Shown here: positions 24,920 through 36,030 of the stretch, in pieces
Layout of the letters: each line of letters starts with the position of its first letter
Position numbering within the stretch: the stretch's first letter is position 1
Source of the DNA: Mobula hypostoma
Lineage: Eukaryota
DNA: 64,000 bases
Assembly: GCF_963921235.1 (NCBI RefSeq)
Contig: NC_086097.1
Location: 190,156,001-190,220,000, forward strand
Reading direction: 5' to 3'
Translations under genes and position numbers: made by a program
Notes under the pieces: generated by a model
Database searches by the model: none
What the model was told of the DNA's origin: nothing
Seen by the model: the letters and a program-made list of their open reading frames with translations, nothing else

Positions 24920-27822
24920 CTAGTCCCACTGACCTGCACACGGACCATATCCCTCCATACACCTCCCATCTATGTATCTGTCCAATTTATTCTTAAATGT
25001 TAAAAAAGAACCCGCATTTACCACCTCGTCTGGCAGCTCATTCCATACTCCCACCACTCTCTGTGTGAAGAAGCCCCCCCTAATGTTCCCTTTAAACTTT
25101 TCCCCCTTCACCCTTAACCCATGTCCTCTGGTTTTTTTCTCCCCTTGCCTCAGTGGAAAAAGCCTGCTTGCATTCACTCTATCTATACCCATCATAATTT
25201 TATATACCCCTATCAAATCTCCCCTCATTCTTCTACGCTCCAGGGAATAAAGTCCTAACCTATTCAACCTTTCTCTGTAACTGAATTTCTCAAGTCCCGG
25301 CAACATCCTTGTAAACCTTCTCTGCACTCTTTCAACCTTATTTATATCCTTCCTGTAATTTGGTGACCAAAACTGAACACAATACTCCAGATTCGGCCTC
25401 ACCAATGCCTTATACAACCTCATCATAACATTCCAGTTCCTATAACCCTATCTACCTGTGACGACACTTTTAGGGAATTTTGTATCTTTGTTCCCAGATC
25501 CCTCTGTTCCACTGCACTCCTCAGTGCCTTACCATTAACCCTGTATGTTCTACGTTGGTTTGTCCTTCCAACGTGCAATACCTCACACTTGTCAGTATTA
25601 AACTCCATCTGCCATTTTTCAGCCCATTTTTCCAGCTGGTCCAAGTCCCTCTGCAGGCTCTGAAAACCTTCCTCACTGTACATTACATCTCTAATCTTTG
25701 TATCATCAGCAAATTTGCTGATCCAATTTACCACATTATCATCCAGATCATTGATATAGATGACAAATAACAATGGACCCAGCACTGATCCCTGTGGCAC
25801 ACCATTAGTCACAGGCCTCCACTCGGAGAAGCAATTCTCTACTACCACTCTCTGGCTTCTTCCATCGAGCCAATGTCTAATCCAATTTACCACCTCTCCA
25901 TGTATACCTAGCGACTGAATTTTCCTAACTAACCTCCCATGCGGGACCTTGTCAAAGGCCTTACTGAAGTCCATGTAGACAATATCCACTGCCTTCCCTT
26001 CATCCACTTTCCTGGTAACCTCCTCGAAAAACTCCAACATATTGGTCAAACATGACCTACCACGCACAAAGCAATGTTGACTCTCCCTAATAAGCCCCTG
26101 TCTATCCAAATGCTTGTAGATTCTGTCTCTTAGTACTCCCTCCAATAACTTACCTACTACTGACGTTAAACTCACCGGCCTATAATTTCCTGGATTACTT
26201 TTCGATCCTTTTTTAAACAACGGAACAACATGAGCCACTCTCCAATCCTCCGGCACTTCGCCCGTAGACGGCGACATTTTAAATATTTCTGCCAGGGCCC
26301 CCGCAATTTCAACACTAGTCTCCTTCAAGGTCCGAGGGAACACTCTGTCAGGTCCCGGAGATTTATCCACTTTAATTTTCCTCAAGACAGAAAGCACCTC
26401 CTCCTTTTCAATCTGTACAGTTTCCATGGTCTCACTACTTGATTCCCTCAATTCCATAGATTTCATGCCAGCTTCCTTAGTAAATACAGACACAAAAAAC
26501 CTATTTAAGATCTCCCCCATTTCCTTTGGTTCTGCACAAAGCTGACCACTCTGATCTTCAAGAGGACCAATTTTATCCCTTACAATCCTTTTGCTCTTAA
26601 TATACTTGTAAAAGCTCTTTGGATTATCCTTCACTTTGACTGCCAAGGCAACCTCATGTCTTCTTTTAGCCCTCCTGATTTCTTTCTTAAGTATTTTCTT
26701 GCACTTCTTATACTCCTCAAGCACCTGATTTACCCCCTGTTTCCTATACATTTCATACAACTCCCTCTTCTTCTTTATCAGAGTTGCAATATCCCTTGAG
26801 AACCAAGGTTCCTTATTCCTATTCAATTTGCCTTTAATCCTGACAGGAACATACAAACTCTGCATTCTCAAAATTTCCCCTTTGAAGACTTCCCACCTGC
26901 CAATCACATCTTTGCCAGAGAACAACCTGTCCCAATCCACGCTTTTTAGATCCTTTCTCATTTCTTCAAATTTGGCCTTCTTCCAGTTCAGAACCTCAAC
27001 CCTAGGACCAGATCTATCCTTGTCCATGATCAAATTGAAACTAATGGTGTTATGATCACTGGAACCAAAGTGCTCCCCTACACAGACTTCTGTCACTTGC
27101 CCTAATTCGTTTCCTAACAGGAGATCCAATATTGCATCCCCTCTAGTTGGTCCCTCTCTATATTGATTTAGAAAACTTTCCTGAACACATTTTACAAACT
27201 CTAAACCATCTAGACCCCTAACAGTATGGGAGTCCCAATCAATGTATGGAAAATTAAAATCCCCTACCACCACAACTTTATGTTTCCTGCAGTTGCCTGC
27301 TATCTCTCTGCAGATTTGCTCTTCCAAGTCTCGTTGACTATTGGGTGGTCTGTAATACAATCCCACTAATGTGGCCATACCTTTCCTGTTTCTCAGCTCC
27401 ACCCATAAGGACTCAGTAGACAAGCCCTCTAATCTGTCCTGCCTGAGCACTGCTGTAATATTTTCCCTAACAAGCAATGCTACTCCACCTTTCATTCCTC
27501 TGCCTCGATCACATCTGAAACTTAGGAACCCTGGAATATCAAGCTGCCAGTGCTGCCCCTCCTGTAGCCAAGTTTCACTAATTGCTACAACATCATAATT
27601 CCACGTGTCAATCCACGCCCTCAACTCATCCGCCTTCCCCGCAATACTCCTAGCATTGAAATATATACACCTCAGAAGATTTTTACCACCACTCACAACC
27701 TTTCTATCAGTGGATTTGCTTAAACTTTCAACATCATTTATTTTCACCCCAGCCACACTGTCAGCTCTGGCACTCTGGTTCCCATCCCCCTGCAAATCTA
27801 GTTTAAAGCCTCCCCAATAGCA
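24920..27822 (-). pseudogene. CR1 ORF2 (APE endonuclease + reverse transcriptase), broken by a single ~50-bp frameshifting deletion near 25437
   Basis: FNARSI, SETW, YYRPP, GDFN, SDH; NYRPVSL, DFSKAFD, GVPQGSVLGP, FADD; C-terminus continues in ORF 24920-25426; deletion evident against the copy at 14960-15220. Confidence 0.95.
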
Positions 27823-28030
27823 CTAACAAACCTCCCTGAAAGGATATTGGTCCCCCTGTGGTTCAAGTGTAACCCGTCTCTCTTGTACAGGTTCCACCTG
27901 CCCCAGAAGAGGTCCCAATGATCCTGAAATCTGAAACCCTGTCCCCTACACCAGTTCCTCAGCCACTTGTTCCTCCTCCAGAGCATCCTATTCCTACCCT
28001 CACTGGCACCTAGCACAGGTAGAATTACCT
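27798..28030 (-). pseudogene. CR1 ORF1 C-terminus, SGNH/GDSL esterase-like (5'-truncated)
   Basis: NKWLRNWCRGQGFRF…LYKRDGLHLNHRG (DxxH block V motif). Confidence 0.85.
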
Positions 28031-28659
28031 GCTCAATTCTGACTTGTATTTGGATCTCTTTCGTCTCTCTCACATTGTAGTATTTTTCAGTTTCCCAGTC
28101 TTTTTAGACAGGCCACCCAGTCTCTTAATATTAGCAAACTCAAGCCAATGAACTGCTACAGCTTGCTGGATCTTAGCTTCAAACCTGAACAAATGTTCAA
28201 TAGCCCTCCTCTACGACCACCCCATCCCTGGCTGGCCGATCTTGTTCTTACAATCAATACTGTTTCCTTTGACTCCGCTCACTGTCATTAAAATAACCCA
28301 TAAAATTCCTAGATTTCCAGTGGGATGTTGAGAACGTTACTTCTTTCACACCTGCACAATATCAATATTAATTGCCTGTCTCACCTCAATCAGAAAGCAT
28401 CAATTTTACCTCTATTTCTTTTCCACTTGCCCCTTGCCCCTCACACAATTTACATCCAAATTCTCCTTGGTTTTATTTAACCTCTAAACTCTTTTCCTGA
28501 AGTCTAATCAATATTTATTAAAATATATTTTTTCCTGAAATGCAATTTTTCCCATTGCTTCCAACATGTGTTCCTTTTATTCTCAAACAGAGATTTCCCA
28601 TTCACATAGATCATTGGATATTCAACCATATTCATCTCATATTTCTTCTCTGATTCCTT

Positions 28660-29520
28660 TCCCTCGCAGAAGAATAATAATGTTCCTCCTGTCCTCATCT
28701 TCCAGAACACCAACCTCCATCTGGAACAGATCATCCTCTGCTATTTGAACTATGCTCAGCGTGATACTCCTCAGTGAACATATCTTCTCGTCTGCTCTTT
28801 TTACATTACTCTAAATGGACTGATTGGACCAGGGTGTGACATAATAATCTTCCTTCAGTTCCAACACCCATTCTGCTTCCAACAATTGCCCTTTAACTCA
28901 CCATCACCCAGAACCCAAACAATCCTACCTCATGAATGGAAGAATGGTTTACTTGTACTTCTTTCATTTCAGTATTTACAATACAGTCTCCAGAGGCTGG
29001 ATAATCATTTTGTTGAACATGTCCCTGTGGTGTGGAAATGTGGCAAACAACTTTTTTTGACCTTTGAAACTGTCTTCTGATTTGATATCTCTCCATTTTT
29101 TTTTTACTTTATTCTAAGGAAGCTAAAGGAAGCCAGAGGAACAATGACAATTTCTGATCCAGCACTCTGCAAGGTTCTTGACTCCATATAGGGTTCAATA
29201 ATTTTAGACTATATCCATTATTGTTATTTCCTCTGACTGCAAGAGCTGGTTTTAAAGCTGCAATTTAGAATCATGTTTTGTGCCATATGCCATTACTACT
29301 TCCTTTTATTTTTGCTGAAAGCTAACCACTTCCAATCCAGTAGAGGTCTCCCTTCCTCAGTCACTTTCCCTGATTCTGTACTTCATTCAAAACTATTGCA
29401 TTTTTTCATTTATCCATTACTGATTCATTTTATTTTTAACTGAAACATTAACTCTGTTTCTCTCTACACAGTTGCTGTATTAACAGCTGAGCATTTCCAG
29501 CTGTTTGGTCTGTAACTGGA
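28660..29520 (+). mobile_element. Ancient Penelope-like 3' remnant
   Basis: Decayed VPLVLT…HII-like linker; similarity of 28910-29060 to the GIY-YIG region at 34590-34790; decayed terminal repeat near 29440-29510. Confidence 0.5.
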
Positions 29521-31069
29521 GACAATTGAATCCTTTTGGAAAATCTTTAAAGATTATCATCGTCTATCAAGTTACAGTTTACAGGAAAATTAAAATTCAG
29601 TGCTAATTAATTTGAATCCTGAACAAGTGTAGGGTTCAATTCTTGAAAGTGCCAGGGCATGTTGAGAGAGTGATTGGTAACATACTGTAGGTCCTTAGGA
29701 TTCAGAAAATAAAGGCATAAGAAACAAAAGGAGGGAATTTATGCTGATCCTATACAGAACACTGGTTCCGCTGCAGATGGGACACTACATCCAATTCTGG
29801 TTATCAAACTTTAGGAAGGAAGTTAAGGTCCTGGAGGAGTTAATGATGGTACTGGGTTTGCTGTCCCCGAAATTCTGTACTCAAGCGAGTATAGAATCTT
29901 AAACCCCATCCAATATAGATGGCTATGGGAACCCTCATTAAAGAGAGGTTATACTGTAGTCATCTACTCTTCAAAGGCTAGATCACTTTCCTGTCTATCT
30001 TCCATGATGAGCTTAGCTGTCCATACCCACTATTTGAGTGGTGGGTCCCTCCTCCCTACCAAGGAGAAGATACATCCAGAAAACAAAAAAGTTTAAACAA
30101 GTTCATTTAATTTTAGCAATACACAAATTTAGATAAAATTCTTAAAGCATACTTAAGACTCACAGAGTTTTATTTTTATCTTATGAAAGATTTCCAAGTT
30201 ACAATTAGTTAAGCACAAAGGATTTTGAAAACACAAGTACAATTCCTTAAGCTAAAAAGACATGCTAACAGGTTGCAAACTAATGAGCTATCTGTTGCAG
30301 AAATTGAAGGCAGAGGAATGTATCCCAGTCACCTCGTCTTCCTATCATACTTCTTGCCATTCCTTGATCATTCCTCACAAGCTTCACTGCCATCAAACAT
30401 TTATGCTTTTTTTTGTTAGTTGGTGACTTCACACACATGTGATGTGTTTCCGTTGCATTCACCGGGCTTGGTGAATGCATTGTTCAGTTAAACAGAAGCA
30501 GATCCTATTGTTTTCTCTGGATTAAGTAATGGACCAAACAAGGCCCCTTTTGTTTGTTTGTTTATGACAAGAGACTGAGCAAAGAATATTAGCTAGATGT
30601 TTAACTTAATCAAAAATAGCTCTTTGGCGCCTGGAAGAGTCAGCAGCTGAGCGTGACAAAAAGCCCCCTGGGCCCTGGACAGTGAATATCCATCACAGGG
30701 CACACGCAAGATTTGGTTGAATAGTTGAGTGATGAAACAGTTAGGTATACACGTTTATCCCATCTTTCAAATGTTAGCTTTATATATAGCCTGTACATAC
30801 AAATTAGGATTTGGGAGAGCAGCTGTATAGATTTACTCACTGCAGTGGGAGTACAGAAATCCTCTGCCTCATGGGAAGTCATTTTGTGGTTACACTAATG
30901 ACTTCTGCACTGTTTGAATTTTGAACAGTTTACCACAAATGGAGGATGACCTGTACAGTCAGATCTGGAAAGCTGGCATGGTATCTTTGGAGCATAGAAG
31001 CTTGACAGGAATTTGATGGAAGTGCATAAATAGAGGGAAATGGTTCCTATATTTGTTCAGATATATAAA

Positions 31070-32327
31070 GTGTAAAAGCAAGGTGACAGTAGATATCAGA
31101 CCATTGGAAAATTATGCTAGAGAGGTAGTAATGAGGGACAAGGAAATGGTGGGTGAACTGAATTAGTATTTTGCATTAGACTTCATTGTGGAAGACACTA
31201 GCAGTATACTGGAAGTTTGAGAATGTCAGGGGGCAGAAGTATGTGAAGTTGCCATTACAATGGAGAAGGTTCTTGGGAAACTGTAAGGTCTAAAAGTAGG
31301 TAGATATGTCACCTGGACCAGATGGACTACACCTCAGGGTTCTGAAAGTGCTGGCTGAAGAGATTGTGCAGGCATTATTAATGATCTTTTAAGAATCAAT
31401 TGATTCTGGCATGGATCTGGAGGAATGGAAAATTGCAAATGTAACTGCACTCTTCAAGAAGAGAGAGAGGCAGAAGGAAAGAAATTATAGCCCAGTTAGT
31501 CTGACCTCAGTAGTTGGGAAAATGTTGGAATTGGTTGTTAAGGGTGTGGTTTTGGGGTACCTGGAGGCACATGATAAAATAGGCAGGAGCAAGCATCATT
31601 TCCTCAAGGGAAAATCTTGCCTGACAAATCTGTTGGAATTCTTTGAAGGAGTAACAAGCAGTGGTGAGTCAGTGGTGAGGAAGGCAAATGCAATATTAGC
31701 ATTCATTTTGAGAGGACTAGAATATAAAAGCAAGGATGTAATGGTGAGACTTTATAAAGTACTGGTGAGGCCTCACGGAGTATTGTGAGCAGTTCTGGGC
31801 CCCTTATCTCAGAAAATATGTGCTGAAAATGGAGAAGGTTCAAAGGAGGTTTACAAAAATGATTTTGGGATTGAATGGGTTATCATTTGAGGAGCGTTTG
31901 ATGGTTCTGAGCCTCTACTCACCGGTACTCAGAAGTATGAGGGATGACCTCAATGAAACCTATCCACTGTTGAAAGGCTTTGGGAGAGTGGAGGTGGAGA
32001 GGATGTTTCCTGTGGTGGGGGAGTCTAAGACCAGGGGATACAGCTTCAGAATAGAGAGGTATCATTTCAGAACAGAGATAAGGAGGAATTTATTTACTCA
32101 GAGAGTGATGAATCTGTTGAATTTGTTGCCACATGTGGCTGTATTTAAGGCATATATTCAAGATAGACATTGATAGATTCTTGATTAGTCAGGGCATGAA
32201 GGGATACGGGGAGAAGGCAGTACATTGGGTCTGAGAGAGAAATGGATCAGCCATGATGAAATGGTGGAGCAGACTTGATGGACCAAGGCCTAATTCTGCT
32301 CCTGTATCTTATGGTCTTATGGTCTTA
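31070..32327 (+). mobile_element. CR1 LINE with internal deletion
   Basis: ORFs 31411-31788 and 31820-32173; RT core missing at ~31660; tcttatggtcttatggtctta tail. Confidence 0.9.
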
Positions 32328-32549
32328 TTAACAGTTGATTCAAGAACTCTGAGCAATTGTTAAATTCTATGACAAAAGATTGAAGGATTGTAGGGGCCTG
32401 TCAGGACTTTCTGCAGAGCATGTAGTCATGAAAGCATTTGCTTCTGTTGAATAAGCATCAGATTCAAAGAGCCAGTGCTTTTACTCAGAGAGTGGTGAGT
32501 GGGCACCTGGAACTTGCTACCAGGAGTGCCAGAGGCAGATACATTAAGG

Positions 32550-33066
32550 ACTGAAGACAGGCACTCAACACTTCAGGAACAGCTTCTTCCCCTCTGTAAG
32601 GGGGTTTCGTCTCTTATGTTACTGCGTAGGCTAATTAAAATGGCTTCTTTGTTATGTTATACTTGGGAATGCTTCTTTGTTATGTTAAATGCTGAGAAAG
32701 TCCTCCCGCTAGCAGTTTGTTGAATCACGTTACTGATAAGAAAATGTTACGAACTAATTGGATAGTTGTTATGATTTTGGAGTATCTGTAAGATATTGTA
32801 TGCGCGGGGTTTGGGGGGAGAAGGCGGGAGAGAGAGAGACAGAGTATGGACCAGGTGCCATCATATTTCTGAATGGACAATGAACCATGAACACTACCTC
32901 AGTATGATTTTCCTCTCGTTTTGCATGATTTATTTAATTTAATTTTCTTTTTTAATACATACTACTTATTGTAATTGATAGTTTTTATTATTATGTACTG
33001 CAATGTGCTGCTGCCTCAAAGCAACACATTTCATGACATTTGCCAGTAATATTAAATTCTGATTCT
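32550..33066 (+). mobile_element. Rex1/Babar-like LINE 3' end, split by an LTR fragment
   Basis: ttcaggaacagcttcttcccctc | tgccatcatatttctgaatgg rejoins to FRNSFFPSAIIFLN. Confidence 0.7.
32595..32855 (+). mobile_element. Truncated LTR fragment
   Basis: Starts TGTAAGGGGG, contains a GA-rich tract, and interrupts the Rex-like frame; no CA end or TSD. Confidence 0.5.
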
Positions 33067-34254
33067 TAAAAGAGCTTTAGATAGGCACGTGGAGGGAAGC
33101 ATTGGATTGATCTTGGAGAAGATTAAAAGACTGACTCAACACCATGGGCCAAAGTGCCCATAATGTGCAGTAATGTTTTATCTTCTATGACCATCTGAGA
33201 AAATAAAACAATTCATGCAGAGTAGATTTGATCTAGAAGTTATTACCTCGTAGAAACTGAATCAATAATTCAGTTTCTTAACAAGAATTGGATAGGCACT
33301 TGAGAGAGTGAATAATTTGCTGGGGTATGTGGAAAGAGAAACTAATAAGGCTAGGGGCTGGCGTGTATCCAATGGACCATACAGCTGCCTATGCTATGAC
33401 AGCCATTCTATAATTCTATCAGGCTTAGAATGTTGAAGAAGTTATTTTTTTTAATAATGAATATTAGTTGTTGTTGGAGGGCTTAACACTAAAATTCATT
33501 AGGACTGGATTTGCTGAATGCAATATGATTTTATTTTTGCTTTGCTGCAGTGGGACAGATTGTATCCCATGATGCATAAGGACTGTGGCAGTTATTGTGG
33601 TCAGAATATATTCTCACTGGCTCCAATTGCATAGATATCAGAACACTATGGGTCACTTCTCGTATACCACAGGCAAGTTTTCTCTAATATGTTGTTAAAA
33701 AAATCAAGAATCATTGTGCATTCAGACAATCTTACCAAGATGTAGTGTGAAAACAATTTATTGGAGAAGTATCAATTTTACTACCCATATCAAGCCCCTG
33801 TATCTGATGAACCCCTTCCAATTCCATAACAATATATAAAAAAACAATTTAAAATCAGATGATATTCTTTTATTGTTTATTGACATGTAATGCTTGTAAC
33901 TATTCTTCCTATTGAGAAGGCATAAAATGGCAGTTGGAATTCAGGCTGAAGTGTTTTTCTCTATTAAAAATAGCTCCAGTATGAGAGGGATGCTTTTTAT
34001 CATGGAATTATTTGCTATATTTCTGAAAACCTAAATTATTAAAAGCTCAATTTTTAAGGCTCAGTGGATGGTGAACCTTCAATAAAACAAGAAGATGGGA
34101 CATAGTCTGAAAATATCAGAGGAGGAAGCAAATTAACCCCCAGGTGGCTTATGATGTCACAGACACAAAATAATCTGCAGATGCTGGGATCAAAGCAACA
34201 CTCACAACACGCTGGAGGAACTCAGCAGGTCGGGCAGCATCCGTGGAAACGATG

Positions 34255-34290
34255 AGTCGACGTTTCGGGCTGGAACCCTTCATCAGGACT
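34255..34290 (-). ncRNA. Minimal type I hammerhead ribozyme motif
   Basis: Reverse complement reads agtc-CTGATGA-a-gggt-tcca-gccc-GAAA-CGTC-gact. Confidence 0.8.
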
Positions 34291-34579
34291 GAAGAGGGAA
34301 GGGGCAGAGGCCCTATAGAGAAGGTGGGGGAGGGTTGGAAGTGGAAGGCTGGTAGGTTCAGTTGAAAAAGCAGTAATTTGAAAGATAAAGGGGTAGGGGA
34401 GGGGAAGCAGGGAGGTGATAGGTAGGAAAACAATGGGTTGTAGAACGAGGCAGAACCATGAGGGAGGTGATAGGCAGCTGGGGGAGGGGGCAGAGTGAAA
34501 TAGGGATAGAGGAAGGGAGGGGGAGGGAATTACCAGAAGTTGGAGAATTCTATGTTCATCCCAAGGGGCTGGAGACTAC

Positions 34580-34941
34580 TTGCCACCATTCAGGGCCCCA
34601 AACAGTCATTCCAGGTGAGGCAACACTTCACTTGTGAGTCTGTTGGGGTCATCTATTGCATCCGGTGCTCACGGTGTGGCCTCCTCTACATCGGTGAAAC
34701 CCGACACTGATTGGGGGACCGCTTCGTCGAGCACCTCTGCTCCATCTGCCACAACAGACAGGATCTCCCGGTAGCCACCCACTTCAACTCTGCTTCCCAT
34801 TCACATTCAGATATGTCCGTACATGGCCTCCTCTACTGCCACGATGAGGCTAATCTCAGGTTGGAGGAACAACACTTCATATACTGTCTAGGTAGTCTCC
34901 AGCCCCTTGGTATGAACATAGAATTCTCCAACTTCCAGTAA
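34580..34941 (+). pseudogene. GIY-YIG endonuclease domain of the Penelope-like element
   Basis: FTCESVGVIYCIRCSRCGLLYIGETRH*LGDRFVEH…VATHFN…RLEEQH…LQPLGMN; one in-frame stop. Confidence 0.92.
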
Positions 34942-35180
34942 TTCCCTCCCCCTCCCTTCCTCTATTCCTATTTCACTCTGTCCCCTCCCTCAGCTGCCTA
35001 TCACCTCCCTCATGGTTCTGTCTTATTCTACTACCCATTGATTTCCTGCCTACCACCTCCCTGCTTCCCCTCCCCCACTACTTTGTCTTTCAAATTACTG
35101 GTTTTTCAACTTAACCTACCAGCCTTCTACTTCCAACCCTCCCCCACCTTCTTTACAGGGCCTCTGCCCCTTCCCTCTTC

Positions 35181-35215
35181 AGTCCTGATGAAGGGTTCCG
35201 GCTGAAACGTCGACT
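35181..35215 (+). ncRNA. Minimal type I hammerhead ribozyme motif
   Basis: agtc-CTGATGA-agggttccggct-GAAA-CGTC-gact. Confidence 0.75.
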
Positions 35216-35289
35216 CATCATTTCCACGGATGCTGCCCGACCTGCTGAGTTCCTCCAGCGTGTTGTGAGTGTTACGATGTCACAGACAA

Positions 35290-35585
35290 CATGGTAGCAT
35301 AGAGGTTAGCACAATCACTTTACCATGCTAGCAATTGCCAGTAAGGGTTTGATTCCCTCTGCTGTGTGTAAGGGGTTTGTATGTTCTCCCTGTGATTGTA
35401 CAGGTTTCCTCCAGTGGCTTCAGTTTCCTCCTACATTCCAAAAATGTATGACTAGGGTTAGTGAGTTAATTCGTAAGCTGCTGGGATGCTATGTTGGCCC
35501 CAGGTGCATCATAGGTGTGTCACAGATTTGACACAAATGATGCAATTCCCTATATGTTTCGATGTATATGTGACAAATAAAACTA
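35290..35585 (+). mobile_element. tRNA-derived SINE (V-SINE-like)
   Basis: A-box-like ggtagcatagaggtt and B-box-like ggtttgattcc; central gtttgtatgttctccc…ggtttcctcc…gtttcctcc domain; Rex-like tgtgacaaataaa tail. Confidence 0.7.
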
Positions 35586-35934
35586 TTCTTTAACCTGTGT
35601 TGTGGGTCAGTGTCATGTTTCGCAGGAGGTTCCTGCAGTGGAAGGAAGTGCTGCACTGAAGTTCAGCAGGACTGGTTTCCTTGTAGCATCCAGACAATCA
35701 TTACTGTGCAAATCCTCAGGAGATTCAATTGCCCCTAAATATGCTGTGACATTATGCCAGGGGCAGACCTTCAGGAATTCTTATTCTCAGAGTGAACATC
35801 ATAAAACATGACCCTGGACTACCTGGTTTATGATTGAGAACCTACCTTTACTAATTCCATGTTATGCTTTCCACATTCACATAAACTCCCCCCAGAATTA
35901 CTTACCTAGAGACAAGGAGTAATTTGCCAATTAA

Positions 35935-36030
35935 TCTCCTAGTCTTTGGGATGTGGGAGAAAGGCAAAGCACCCAGAGGAAACCCATGTGGCCACACAAA
36001 GGATGAGCAAATGCCTCACATTTAGCTCCA
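35935..36030 (-). mobile_element. V-SINE-like central-domain fragment
   Basis: tctttgggatgtgggag…cacccagaggaaacccat is the reverse complement of the SINE core. Confidence 0.55.

Larger units (their letters stand above)
24451..28030 (-). mobile_element. Young, near-intact CR1 LINE (ORF1 C-terminus, ORF2, 3' UTR)
   Basis: 790-aa uninterrupted APE+RT frame, upstream esterase ORF1 end, and a ctatggtt tail. Confidence 0.97.
34166..35271 (+). mobile_element. Young 5'-truncated Penelope-like element with inverted terminal repeat
   Basis: TSD TTA(T/C)GATGTCACAGACA (34149-34165, 35272-35288); inverted arms ~34196-34579 and ~34892-35273; GIY-YIG domain between them. Confidence 0.93.
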
